A stretch of DNA of 64,000 nt from an uncultured virus (IMG/VR IMGVR_UViG_3300029309_000007). Lineage: Duplodnaviria > Heunggongvirae > Uroviricota > Caudoviricetes. Below are positions 36,531 through 47,006 of the stretch, piece after piece (position 1 is the stretch's first letter; the number at the start of each line of letters is the position of its first letter). The stretch is taken from IMG/VR virus record IMGVR_UViG_3300029309_000007, one strand, 5' to 3'. A program made the translations under genes and the position numbers. The notes under the pieces are model-generated. The model was not told the origin of the DNA, did not search any database, and saw nothing but the letters and a program-made list of their open reading frames with translations.

Positions 36531-36670
36531 GTTTGAGGCAAACCTGCAAATATTGTGGTGAAGAAACCTTAGCCGTGAGGCTACTCGGTTTCTATGTAGG
36601 TTCAAACAAACAGGCTAATTTATGGGAATGCCGAAAGTGTTTTGGCATTTGGTCAGAAAAGACCGTTTGA
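36527..36670 (+). CDS. 47-aa TFIIS/TFS-C-like zinc ribbon (not in ORF track)
   Basis: TCKYCGEE..LWECRKCFGIWSE. Confidence 0.6.
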   Translation: MSLRQTCKYCGEETLAVRLLGFYVGSNKQANLWECRKCFGIWSEKTV

Positions 36671-36710
36671 GGGGCTATCTGGGGGGATAGCCTCTCAAGC
36701 CCCCTTTTTG
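36667..36710. terminator. stem-loop at the convergence of the two gene blocks
   Basis: TTGAGGGGCTATC/GATAGCCTCTCAA, then CCCCCTTTTT. Confidence 0.7.
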
Positions 36711-36754
36711 GCTCGCATTTTTCGTCATTTTTTCGACCTTGAAAAAATTATTCG

Positions 36755-36907
36755 CTATTGTTGACCTTTTCGTAATCCTTCCCAACAAAGGCTATATAGT
36801 TCTTCTTCTGTCTCAAAAATAACTATTGTATCTGTGCTACTGGGAATACTTAACCATATGGTAATAAAGCCCAAGATAAAAAATAATAAAAATAATTCTA
36901 ACAACAT
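36755..36907 (-). CDS. 50-aa N-terminal-TM protein, last gene of the late block (not in ORF track)
   Basis: MLLELFLLFFILGFITIWLSIPSSTDTIVIFETEEELYSLCWEGLRKGQQ; GAGGTGA RBS. Confidence 0.6.
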   Translation of the reverse strand: MLLELFLLFFILGFITIWLSIPSSTDTIVIFETEEELYSLCWEGLRKGQQ

Positions 36908-36916
36908 TTTTTCACC

Positions 36917-38659
36917 TCAATCGCTAATAATCATATGTCCCGTGACCAATGGTGCAAGAACATCATTAACTGCTTGTAAAGTTATATGCTCAAATGGTGC
37001 CAATGTAATAACATTTGCACTTGTAATTTTTGGGTGGGTTGTATCTCCCATATTGATAATAGGCGTTCCTGTAATTGTTATTGGGTTTGTAAATATATTC
37101 TTAATGTGAAGAATATTTCCAGAAGCAGGAACAGGTAAAGCAACTGTATTTCCTAAAGCAGCAATATCGTGAATATATGCAACTGTTTTTGTTCCTGTGA
37201 TAATAGGCGTTGCTGGATGGGCTATAACTTCATACGAAAGATTTTGATTTAGTGTTGAAGTAATATTACCAGTATTTACATCTGTTGCATTGACGGTTGT
37301 TAATGCACCAACAACTCCAGTAATAGTTCCCGATGAAGTAATAGCACCCGCAACATCTAATTCAACAGAAGGGGAAGAAGTTTTAATTCCCACTCTATCG
37401 TTTCCAGCATCCACAAATAATAAATTAGTCACCGTGTCTCCTTCTACTCTGAAATTTATATCTGCTCCGGCATCATTGATAACTGTCTCATCGCTATCCA
37501 ATTCAATTCTTGAAGTAATTGCGCCATTTTTTAAGGTTCTAAAAGTTATTCTCCCATCCTCGCTTCCATCTGTGGGGTCCACAATTTCTGCAAAAATATC
37601 CACATAATCTGCTGTGCTTCCTGCTGAATCTCTACCTCTAAATCTTAAATGGGCTAAATCATCACCTGCGACTGGAATTGCTGAATTACGAAAATAAACA
37701 ACATCGGGAGAAGCGGAAGCACCGTCTTCTGCAACCTCAACTAAAAAATCAATATCAGAAGAACTTGTTCCTTTAACATGTAAAATACCAGTTGGGTTGC
37801 CTGTCCCTATTCCTACTTTTCCATCGGTTGTTATTCTTAGTCTTTCTACTGCCGAACCAGTTTTGAAAACCATAGGTTCTGAACTAGAATATGCTTGTAT
37901 TTCTGCTACACCGCTTGCTGGTGTGTTTGCATATCCTATGGCAAGTTTATTCGTTTGAATATCTTCTGTGACTAATAAAGAACCTTCAATCTTAACTTCT
38001 GTATTTGGAAATGATGGGTCATTGTCGCCATATAGAACCAACCTATCAATAACGCTAGAGCCGTCCTTTACCTTAAAAATAATATCTTTGTCTGTTTCTA
38101 AAGACTCAAATTCAACATCTCCGGCGTTGCTTGTAATTGAAGCACTTTCAGTATAAGCACCAGAATTGTCTCTTGCTACGCTTAAACTATTTTTAGTTTT
38201 AGAAGAAGTAAAGAATTGAACCTTTCTTGCGCCAAATGCTGTATCATCTGCAATTTCAATCATAGCAATAATTGTATCGCCAGCAGAATGATTTGCTACA
38301 CGGTTTGCGGTTGTTGGGACTCTTAGAGCAACAGTTCCAGAAGAATTCACAACTAATAAATAATAGGCTTTATTTGTTGTAAATGTGAATGCCGCCGCAT
38401 TAAAGGTCGCTACGCCGGAAGTGGTTTTCAATTCGCCATTATCAAGATAACTGCCCACTGCGACAGAAACTACTGGGTCGCTTGCAGATTGTGTAATATC
38501 AAAATCATTCGTATTGTTCTTAATTACAAAGTTTCCTGAAACGCCTTGCATCAATGATTTAAATAATCCTGTATGTGGAAAATCTACATCATCCTCAATG
38601 TGTCCAATTGTTGCTCCTGTGCTAAGTTGCGATATAAAATGCGGGTTCACTTCTACCAT
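36917..38659 (-). CDS. tail fibre / receptor-binding protein
   Basis: ERLRITTDGKVGIGTGNPTGILHV and RVGIKTSSPSVELDVAG fibre repeats; last large gene of the tail module. Confidence 0.75.
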   Translation of the reverse strand: MVEVNPHFISQLSTGATIGHIEDDVDFPHTGLFKSLMQGVSGNFVIKNNTNDFDITQSASDPVVSVAVGSYLDNGELKTTSGVATFNAAAFTFTTNKAYYLLVVNSSGTVALRVPTTANRVANHSAGDTIIAMIEIADDTAFGARKVQFFTSSKTKNSLSVARDNSGAYTESASITSNAGDVEFESLETDKDIIFKVKDGSSVIDRLVLYGDNDPSFPNTEVKIEGSLLVTEDIQTNKLAIGYANTPASGVAEIQAYSSSEPMVFKTGSAVERLRITTDGKVGIGTGNPTGILHVKGTSSSDIDFLVEVAEDGASASPDVVYFRNSAIPVAGDDLAHLRFRGRDSAGSTADYVDIFAEIVDPTDGSEDGRITFRTLKNGAITSRIELDSDETVINDAGADINFRVEGDTVTNLLFVDAGNDRVGIKTSSPSVELDVAGAITSSGTITGVVGALTTVNATDVNTGNITSTLNQNLSYEVIAHPATPIITGTKTVAYIHDIAALGNTVALPVPASGNILHIKNIFTNPITITGTPIINMGDTTHPKITSANVITLAPFEHITLQAVNDVLAPLVTGHMIISD

Positions 38660-39012
38660 TATTCCACCTCAATAATCAAAATAACTTCTAATGTTTCTGT
38701 TGAAGCAAATGGGCCGACACCATCAAAATTTACTCTTGAAAGCATATTTGAAGATGAATCAAAAACACCTGCTTCACGAATCGTCATACCTGTAATTGCG
38801 CCGCCGCCAACAGAAAGTTTTACTTCCATAACATTTTCATCAGTAGATACTGCGGCTAAGTTTGAAGAGGAAACATTGATAACTGCTCCACTTGGCACAT
38901 CTAAGGCGTTTGCATTTGGAGAAGAAGAATTTCCACCTAAACCGACCTGTCCCGAATCAATCAACGAAACAATTTGATTTGTTAGTAATTCTTTTAATTT
39001 ATCAGTAATCAA
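38659..39012 (-). CDS. tail tip / fibre-attachment protein
   Basis: VGLG..TIREAGVFD..MLSRVNF is typical of tail-collar N-terminal domains. Confidence 0.65.
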   Translation of the reverse strand: MITDKLKELLTNQIVSLIDSGQVGLGGNSSSPNANALDVPSGAVINVSSSNLAAVSTDENVMEVKLSVGGGAITGMTIREAGVFDSSSNMLSRVNFDGVGPFASTETLEVILIIEVE

Positions 39013-42000
39013 AACTCTTCCTCCACTAAATCAGTCAATACGACACCGCTTCCGCCACTGAATCCAAGTGTGCGGCTACCCGTATTTAATTGTGCTGAAA
39101 AGCCCAATGCGTTGCCTCCACTTGAGACTCTTTTCCTAACCAGCAACTTACGCAAATTAATTTTAATGCCCTCCAAGAAAAAGAATTGTTGTTCATTTGC
39201 AACCAAGTTAGAAGAACGATTATCTTTTTCATTCTTTCTTGTTGTGGCTACAATTTCAGCCAAGGTATCTTCTAATAACTTGCTATATGTTCCTAATTGT
39301 AATTTGATTAGTCCAGTAAGTTGATGCTCCATTTGTAATACCAAGAAAGAGGACAATGGAATATTTTCTTGCTGAATTTCAACATTTACAATATCTCCTA
39401 CTTGGAGAGTAGAAATGTTCTCATGGTTCACAAGCAATTCAATCTTTTGATTATTTCTATTATATAGAGAAAACAATTCTCTGGCTTTTTCATCTACTTC
39501 ATTTTGATTAACCAATGTTTTATCTGTATGCTCAAATGACTTTCTACCGACCTTTTGAATGCTTCTTAAGTCCTTTCTTGTCGATTTATGCGCTCTTCCA
39601 TAAACTGTAATGTCATTGTAGAAATTGAAGATAGTAGATGACTTTTCGAATTCAAAGACTTTAACATTTGAATCGTCGCCAATTTTGATATTAGAAGAAT
39701 ACAAATCATCGGATTGATTATCTTTTAGTTTGTAGTTATCTCCTTCTATAAAAATAGTCTTATTGATTTTCTTTAGCACAAAATTGATAGCACCGAATAA
39801 ATCAATGCTTTCAAAATTAGGTGCTAAATGATAAGATGTTGTTCCATCGGTTTCATATGTTAAACCTTCGCTTTCTAATAAATCATTTACAATGTCTTGG
39901 GCTTCTCTTCCAATTTGAACACCTGCACCAATCATTGTTCTCTTATGTTCCGAAGTAATATCTCCATTTACAGTCAGGTTAATTGTTTCGGAAACAGATA
40001 CTACTCCTAAGCATTCTTTTAATTCTCCAAAATTCAAATAATGTCCAATAGCATCCCCGTTGTCAGTATATTCAACAGAAGAAATAAAAGATGTTTCTCC
40101 ATCGCTAATTCCCATATCCAACTTCATATTTCCAAATAAAGTTGAAAATGAATTAGAATCGCTAACATACACAAAATTTTCTAAATCGGGCTGATTGTCA
40201 ATATCTAATATAATATATGCCGATAACACCCCTTCATTGTTGCTATCATTTGAGCGTGTGCCTTTTGCATTTCTAAACTGATAAGCGTTAATAGATTCAT
40301 ACATTTTATCTTCGTTGCCCATCTTTGTATATTTAGAAGATAGTGTGTTGAGTTGAATTTCTTTTGGAGAATAGGAATAAAAACAAGTGTGATTTGGTTG
40401 CATAATTCTGCAAGTTTTGCTTCCCATATCATTATCTAATGTTAAAATGTGAAAATGTGCCGAACTAGTGTGGTCTAATTCATGAGAAATAACATATGCC
40501 ATATTTGTAATCGTCAATTCATTTAATGACTGTCCATCAGAAGAAGTTTGAATAGCACCATCAGAATCATAATGTTTTCCGACTTCACTTACTAAATATG
40601 TTCCTGTTAAGTCCACATAATTTAAAAAATGATTTTTTCCAGTTGCTTCTATTCTATAATGATAAACAGTCCTATTTCCTACAGATTTATTAGTAGAGGA
40701 AGAAGATAAAGTTATTTCTGGTTTGAAGCCCATAAATACGCCATCAGCAGTAGTAGCAGAAGAACCCCCGCTTTTATTTACGGTTTCATTTTCACCAAAG
40801 TTTTCATCTGTTTTAAATGCGACTAGTCCAAGTGTTGTTCCTGCGGTATCTTCACTAAAAGACATACCTGTAATAAAATCGCTAACCATTCCTTTATCTA
40901 CCAAGTTAGTGCCTTCTTCAATAGTATATCTGTCAAAGAAAATAGCCCTGAAATCTTTAAGAGTTAAATCATCATTTTCAAAAGCATTAGAATTACTAAT
41001 TCCCGAAATGCCATCTCTATACATTTGAATAACATGGCTTGAATAACGAGTATTAGCACTACCTCTTGCATCATGTCCTAAATCAACAGGTAAGAAGAAA
41101 TTGGGGGTTCTTCCAGAATCAGCAAAATTTTCTAATGAGCGACCATAATGAGAATGCCAAGCAGAACCAGATTCTCCATATCCTCCGCTTCCAACGCCAT
41201 TTACTACAAAAGACTTTAACATATGAATATCGCTATTTAGAATAGCAGAGTCCTCACTACCATGTCCTTTAATATTATCACTTGTTCTTTGTGAAGTAGG
41301 TGTCATTTTTTGGTGCGGTGTTCCTGCAATTAGCGTACCTTCTGTTTTGATGACATTTGCATCAAAGGTGATAGTATCGTTAGTTATATCAGTAGTAGAT
41401 AAACTTTGAACTGTTCCCATAAATCTGCCATTATCATCAAAAACTAAATCCCCTGCCGCTACTGAAACGGTTGTATCATACTTAATTTTTGCATTATTTC
41501 CGCCAACGGGGTGAGTAATAGATACAGAAGATGCTGCGAGCACACTTGTTTTGAATTCATTTATTGTGGTCTTTCTAATAGTTCTATCATTAGAGACAAT
41601 ATTTTCTGGGTCAATTTGATTAAAATGCCAATCATAAACTACTTCTGTAAGGCGCATAATGCTAAATCTTTTTAGAGAAGAGATTGTTTTATCTGCGGAA
41701 ATAATTGATGCAGAAGTATAGTCGCTATCTTTCAAATTAATAGTTTCACTTTGTCCTAAAACTAAATCTTTAGTATCTGAACGACCTGCTGTTTTTGGTG
41801 CCTTTAATGCAAGTAAAGAATAATTTTCTATGGTTTTAGTATATGGTGAACCCGCCATAAGACTATCAAATCTTGTAGAACTATATGGAGTTAAATCACA
41901 ATTGATAAATAAAAACATTCTTGCTGCTTTTGCATCGGGCTGATAAAAACTGTCTTTAATGAAATAACCACTATCAGACCCTACAAAGTCTTCATATCGC

Positions 42001-45000
42001 ATTAGATTATGTGTCTCTCCTGAAGCGTGAACAGTTGTGTCAAAGAAATTAGAACCCCGTACAGAAGTATATCCTCTTGTTTCTGGCATTTTGTGGTGAG
42101 CGATGTGCATAATGTCTGTTCCGATAATATTTTCATCCAAGGAGCCACCTGTTATGTGATGTCCAAAATTCATTTTATAGCCGGATGCATAAAACTTTAC
42201 CTTAGAAAGTTTATCTGAATAGTATTGAGAAGTTTTAGAGATGTTAATTCCTGTATCAGAATAAAGAGATTTAATTCTGTGTATATTTCCTTTTTCAATA
42301 TTGAATAATCTGTATAGGCTTGGGCCAAATCTTTCGGCATGGGTTTTAGGATTAGAACCCATAGTGTTATAAAAAAGCGGATAGTTAAACATAATAGGTT
42401 CCCTACTAAGGTTTAATTGTGAATTTAAAAGACAAATGAATTTACCAGTATGCAAATGTCCTGCATTCAAAAGTTGAAGTTCATGCGTTAATTTTGTTGA
42501 TTCTTCATAAGTAGAAGAATAGGTTAATATTGATAAGGAGTCTCCACTTGAATATGAAACCTTTCTATCAACATATACTCTAACAGTAGTATAGTCGGTT
42601 TGAAGTTGAGCACCTATAATAAAGCCTGCAAAAATATTATTTATGTATATTGGTCTATTGTGAAACTTTCTTAGGCTTACACCAGAAGACAGATAAGTAG
42701 TGTTAGTTGTTTCAATATATCTTGAATCCGCTTTAGTGGAAGAAGTAGTACCTGCACTAGTAAAAGTAATATCTTGTGTATTTGCATAATTTACTTCTAC
42801 TCTTCCCAAAGATAATGGAATGTATGGTGCGGCCTTAACAATTTTATTTTTGCCATCCTCTTGAACATCAAAGATAGTGAAGTCAATTAAAGTGTTTGTA
42901 ATGTCAAAGGTTTCGTTATCAAGTGTCCCTTGAAAGGCATTGTCGCTTTTAATTCCTTTACAATTGGAAATGTCATACCCTAAATCTATTCCGTTTGCAG
43001 AAGCAGATGTTCCTGCTAAGGTTTCAGAAAAGGCGGTTCTTGAGATATTTCTACCTGCATTAAAAATGACACCTTTATCGGAAGCACCTGATAAGGAAGT
43101 GGTAGATTCAACAAGAGGATTTGAACCCAACGCTTTATTAAAAATGTAATTTTTATTTGAGGCTTTATATGCGGCTAATGATGTTCCTTCTACCATTGGA
43201 GAATTTCGTAAAGTATGGGTTGTTCCTGTATTTGTAGCGTCAATTTCTCCAACATATCCAAATGTTCCATTTGTGTGTTTTACAAAAATATGGTCGCCTT
43301 TTGTTAAAGTAAGACTAGATGAAAAAGTTAAAGCGTTAGCAGCAGTATCAAAATCACAAGTAAGGGCGGGAGATAATGCTTCTAATTTGTTATATGGACT
43401 AATGCTGCTATAAATAATATCTTCAGAGAATAAAAAATCTCTATTTACAATAGGCGAAAGTAATTTGTTGAATTTGTCTCTACCTTCCAATTCCATAAAG
43501 GTTTGACCATCCTGTTTGTAAGATTTAATAGTTTCGATTTCACCATCAAGTCTCTCCACTTGAATTGAATATGCACCTTCAACAAACTCTAAATTTGTAT
43601 ATTCTGAATCATAATATTGCGTTCCGTCAAAATTAAGTGTAATTAACTTTTTATCGGGGTCTGTCGCCGTAGCGGTAGCAACTAATTTAGTGAAACCCCC
43701 AACAATAAATTCAACAAATAGATTTGTAAATCTATCTTCCATCATAACAAAGTCTGTTAATAATGTGTTTGATGCTCCGTTTTCCGTAGGAGTAGGTTTA
43801 AATGTTCTCCTGAATAAAATATCTCCTTCTGTTGGAGTATAACTACTTGTTGAAAACGCTGCTTCTTCCTTTGTTCTTGTAAGTATTGAGCCTTTGAATG
43901 TTATAGTTTGTGTTTTTGAAGAACCGAATGTTCCGATAGAATGAACAAATAAATGCGTATCTTTTATTCTTACTTCATCTCCTGTCTTTAGAAAATCTTT
44001 TAAATCATGGTCTGTTTGAAATGTAAATGTGCTTGAACTTGCACTTTTAAAGGTTGCAGAAAGAGGGAAGAAATCTGTAAGAATAGCAGTATGAACAGCA
44101 TGTCTGACCCTTAAAGAATCAAACTCAACAACTTTTTTTGGCATGATTCTAAATGAATCCGAAAGTTTTATTTGGGCAAAACCACCTCTTTGTCCAATTG
44201 CCTGTTGAATATTTGCATCAATTGTATTATACAGGGTATTATTTTTTGTCGGAGAAAAATCATAGAAAGAATACCTCTTAAACCCTTTATACACTAAAGA
44301 AGTATTGTCATCATCTGTATCAGTTCTTGCGTTTGGAAAAGCAGTATCATAGTCTGTATAGTCTAAAGATATTGTCTGACCTTCATTAGATTTATACGGA
44401 CTTTTTGAAGGGTCGTCTAAATCTCTAAGATTATCAAATAATTCTAACTTCATTGAATATTTACTGTAATCTACAATTGTGCCAGCATATGCTTCTGTTG
44501 TTAAAATTGTTGTTCCTCCCGCAGAAGATAGATTATTTGTTGTGCTTGAACCTTCTGCATCAATTACAACAAAATACTTTGTGTTATGGTCTAATTCGTC
44601 CTTTTTATGTAGGTTATCGTTGTCAAAGCAAAACATAGGGCGAGCGACAACTAATTTAGTTTGATGCTCAAGTTTAATTCCAAAAGAAACGGCAAGAGCC
44701 GTTGTGCTACTTGGTATTGAATAAATTCTAAACTTTGTGTTTTCTGCTAATTCGTTTCCTAATTTTGGAGTAAATTCAAATCCATCGCCAGTAGAATCCA
44801 TAGCCAATACTTCAGTAATTTTGGCAAGGTGATGTTTATTTTCATCATCTGCATGAATTAAGACATAGTAATCATTACTCAGCAAATCTGAGGCTGAGGG
44901 ATTAAATTGTATTCCTTCTTGAGAAGCAGAATCAAAGCATTTTATTCTAAAACCTTCAGTTGTTTCTAAATTACTATACGAAGTATTCGCAGATGAACCA

Positions 45001-45167
45001 AATTCAGTAATTGTATCAAAACTAGAATCATCGGGATAAATAACTGTAAATAATCTTTTATCTCCAGTAAATGCGCCTTCTGTTGTCAATTTAGGATTAG
45101 TGGGAACATTGTAGTTGAATACAGAAGACGCGGAAGTTTGTCCCGTCTGAAATGCTTTTAGTGCCAT
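39009..45167 (-). CDS. 2052-aa tail tip / baseplate hub-like protein
   Basis: S/T-rich beta protein; LEGRD..LL; C-terminal NDITVYG..SIQKVG..LQVGDIV hub signature. Confidence 0.7.
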   Translation of the reverse strand: MALKAFQTGQTSASSVFNYNVPTNPKLTTEGAFTGDKRLFTVIYPDDSSFDTITEFGSSANTSYSNLETTEGFRIKCFDSASQEGIQFNPSASDLLSNDYYVLIHADDENKHHLAKITEVLAMDSTGDGFEFTPKLGNELAENTKFRIYSIPSSTTALAVSFGIKLEHQTKLVVARPMFCFDNDNLHKKDELDHNTKYFVVIDAEGSSTTNNLSSAGGTTILTTEAYAGTIVDYSKYSMKLELFDNLRDLDDPSKSPYKSNEGQTISLDYTDYDTAFPNARTDTDDDNTSLVYKGFKRYSFYDFSPTKNNTLYNTIDANIQQAIGQRGGFAQIKLSDSFRIMPKKVVEFDSLRVRHAVHTAILTDFFPLSATFKSASSSTFTFQTDHDLKDFLKTGDEVRIKDTHLFVHSIGTFGSSKTQTITFKGSILTRTKEEAAFSTSSYTPTEGDILFRRTFKPTPTENGASNTLLTDFVMMEDRFTNLFVEFIVGGFTKLVATATATDPDKKLITLNFDGTQYYDSEYTNLEFVEGAYSIQVERLDGEIETIKSYKQDGQTFMELEGRDKFNKLLSPIVNRDFLFSEDIIYSSISPYNKLEALSPALTCDFDTAANALTFSSSLTLTKGDHIFVKHTNGTFGYVGEIDATNTGTTHTLRNSPMVEGTSLAAYKASNKNYIFNKALGSNPLVESTTSLSGASDKGVIFNAGRNISRTAFSETLAGTSASANGIDLGYDISNCKGIKSDNAFQGTLDNETFDITNTLIDFTIFDVQEDGKNKIVKAAPYIPLSLGRVEVNYANTQDITFTSAGTTSSTKADSRYIETTNTTYLSSGVSLRKFHNRPIYINNIFAGFIIGAQLQTDYTTVRVYVDRKVSYSSGDSLSILTYSSTYEESTKLTHELQLLNAGHLHTGKFICLLNSQLNLSREPIMFNYPLFYNTMGSNPKTHAERFGPSLYRLFNIEKGNIHRIKSLYSDTGINISKTSQYYSDKLSKVKFYASGYKMNFGHHITGGSLDENIIGTDIMHIAHHKMPETRGYTSVRGSNFFDTTVHASGETHNLMRYEDFVGSDSGYFIKDSFYQPDAKAARMFLFINCDLTPYSSTRFDSLMAGSPYTKTIENYSLLALKAPKTAGRSDTKDLVLGQSETINLKDSDYTSASIISADKTISSLKRFSIMRLTEVVYDWHFNQIDPENIVSNDRTIRKTTINEFKTSVLAASSVSITHPVGGNNAKIKYDTTVSVAAGDLVFDDNGRFMGTVQSLSTTDITNDTITFDANVIKTEGTLIAGTPHQKMTPTSQRTSDNIKGHGSEDSAILNSDIHMLKSFVVNGVGSGGYGESGSAWHSHYGRSLENFADSGRTPNFFLPVDLGHDARGSANTRYSSHVIQMYRDGISGISNSNAFENDDLTLKDFRAIFFDRYTIEEGTNLVDKGMVSDFITGMSFSEDTAGTTLGLVAFKTDENFGENETVNKSGGSSATTADGVFMGFKPEITLSSSSTNKSVGNRTVYHYRIEATGKNHFLNYVDLTGTYLVSEVGKHYDSDGAIQTSSDGQSLNELTITNMAYVISHELDHTSSAHFHILTLDNDMGSKTCRIMQPNHTCFYSYSPKEIQLNTLSSKYTKMGNEDKMYESINAYQFRNAKGTRSNDSNNEGVLSAYIILDIDNQPDLENFVYVSDSNSFSTLFGNMKLDMGISDGETSFISSVEYTDNGDAIGHYLNFGELKECLGVVSVSETINLTVNGDITSEHKRTMIGAGVQIGREAQDIVNDLLESEGLTYETDGTTSYHLAPNFESIDLFGAINFVLKKINKTIFIEGDNYKLKDNQSDDLYSSNIKIGDDSNVKVFEFEKSSTIFNFYNDITVYGRAHKSTRKDLRSIQKVGRKSFEHTDKTLVNQNEVDEKARELFSLYNRNNQKIELLVNHENISTLQVGDIVNVEIQQENIPLSSFLVLQMEHQLTGLIKLQLGTYSKLLEDTLAEIVATTRKNEKDNRSSNLVANEQQFFFLEGIKINLRKLLVRKRVSSGGNALGFSAQLNTGSRTLGFSGGSGVVLTDLVEEEF

Positions 45168-46282
45168 TACAAATCAACCTCCTCAAATCTCAAATAAAGT
45201 AAAGTATCATCGTAATTTGGCAGTAAATTCAAAACATAAGGAAACCTTTTTCTTTGCGCTTTGGTGATAGCCAATTCGTGCATTTCTCCCATGAACTGTT
45301 TATTTGTGGTAGCCGAACCTGCTCCTGTTGAATCACTACCATTAGAACCTAAATAAATATCGCTTCTATCAAAGGTAAATGCCCCACTATCTGTATGTGT
45401 ATTTGTTGAAAGTAATTTTCCGTTTAGGTAAATATTGAGAGTTTTAGATAATTCTTCAAACACACAAGCAATATGAAATGAGTCATTTATGTAATTTGGA
45501 AGCGAATAAGCCTTCAAATAAATGGGGGTTCCGGCACTTAACGAGACATTATTTGGATTAGTTATGGTAATCGTGGAGCCACTTATATTGGTGATGACTC
45601 CAAGGGACAAGAAATCAAAACCGCTACGATAGAAGACCTCTTGAGCGTTCACATCAACAAATTGTGTGTTGCTTACTACCGACAAAGTGTTGAGGGAATG
45701 ACTGTGTATGACTCCCGTTGTAGCCTGTCTAAATTTCAAGCGGCCACTTTTATCAAAACCTGCTCTATCTGAACCTAAATCATCAAAAACTAACATTTTA
45801 CCTTCAGTTGCAGATATAGCCGTTCCTGTTGTATAAGTGTCAGTAGTAGTGCCTAATTTCAAACGAACTCTTATTTTGTATTCTGCCGGTTGCCCGTATA
45901 AATGGTCGGTATCATTTACCAAACTAACTTGAAAATTAGTGTTGTAAAAAATCATCATCTCATGTGTAAGTCTAGCAGTAGTAGATAAATACAAATTACT
46001 TAATGAGTCTGAAGTTCTTCCATTTGGCATAATTTTATGAGAAGATTTTGTATCGGGGTGGGCTGTGCTAAAAACCATTCCATTGATTTCATATGGAGTA
46101 ATAACGCTTTCAAAGGTAAATGTTCCAGTATGCCCCCAAATACCAAATCCTGTGTCATCTGTGGTATCGGATGGTGTTCCTTCAATGTCAGGAATATTGT
46201 TTGAGTAGTCCATTTTTACTCTTGAGTTGCACATAACAGGAAACACCAATGAGCGTTGTTTTCCTGTTAAAATATGATACAT
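45167..46282 (-). CDS. LamG/concanavalin-A-like virion protein
   Basis: FTFES, FHIACVF..IYLNG..IYLG..FMGEMHELAI..LLYLRFEE. Confidence 0.75.
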   Translation of the reverse strand: MYHILTGKQRSLVFPVMCNSRVKMDYSNNIPDIEGTPSDTTDDTGFGIWGHTGTFTFESVITPYEINGMVFSTAHPDTKSSHKIMPNGRTSDSLSNLYLSTTARLTHEMMIFYNTNFQVSLVNDTDHLYGQPAEYKIRVRLKLGTTTDTYTTGTAISATEGKMLVFDDLGSDRAGFDKSGRLKFRQATTGVIHSHSLNTLSVVSNTQFVDVNAQEVFYRSGFDFLSLGVITNISGSTITITNPNNVSLSAGTPIYLKAYSLPNYINDSFHIACVFEELSKTLNIYLNGKLLSTNTHTDSGAFTFDRSDIYLGSNGSDSTGAGSATTNKQFMGEMHELAITKAQRKRFPYVLNLLPNYDDTLLYLRFEEVDL

Positions 46283-46291
46283 TTATTCACC

Positions 46292-47002
46292 TCAAGGAAT
46301 AACAGTAGCGACTTCAAAATCTAAACTGAAAGAAACATCTGTTGATTCTGCTTCAAGATTAAAAGAAAAACTTCTAATGAAACCTGTAAGGCCAACATCT
46401 GTTGAAGTATCTGGAAAATCAGTTAATGGTAAGGGGACACCCTCATTGTCCTTTTCATTTCTATCTCCCCTTGAACCGAATGTTAATGGAACTAAAATTG
46501 ATTCTGCTGATGGAGTCCAAGTCCCTGCACCACCAGCCAGTGAAGAATCCAAACAATCAGTTTTGTTAAATCTACCACTAATACTGCAAGTCCCGTTTGT
46601 TTCATAGTCGCTTCTAACATTTGATGGAATTAAAACAACTAATTCACTAAACGCTTGTTTCTTAGCAAATCCTGTTGAATCAACACCCGAAGCAATCATT
46701 TGAGCAATTTCTTGCGCCGTGAATGTGTGAGTTTCTGTTGTTGTGGGATTATCGCCACCGCCAAATGTTTTTGTAATTTCTGCATCTAAAATGAATCCGC
46801 TTAAATTTACCGACTTTGTAGCCATACCCAAGTCAAAAGCAGTAGTAATAGATTCGCCCGTAGCAACACCCGAAAGAGGAATAGGAAACGCTGGAATTGT
46901 TTTTGAAACAGAAATACCTGCACTTACTACATTAAGTGGAATTGTATTCTGAGAAAGATTTGTTCCAGTATAACTTTGCGTTTTCAAATAAACATAAGTC
47001 AT
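46292..47002 (-). CDS. putative distal tail protein
   Basis: Directly after the tape measure; FDLG..VNLSG; GFIRSFSF..FSLDF. Confidence 0.55.
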   Translation of the reverse strand: MTYVYLKTQSYTGTNLSQNTIPLNVVSAGISVSKTIPAFPIPLSGVATGESITTAFDLGMATKSVNLSGFILDAEITKTFGGGDNPTTTETHTFTAQEIAQMIASGVDSTGFAKKQAFSELVVLIPSNVRSDYETNGTCSISGRFNKTDCLDSSLAGGAGTWTPSAESILVPLTFGSRGDRNEKDNEGVPLPLTDFPDTSTDVGLTGFIRSFSFNLEAESTDVSFSLDFEVATVIP

Positions 47003-47006
47003 TTAA

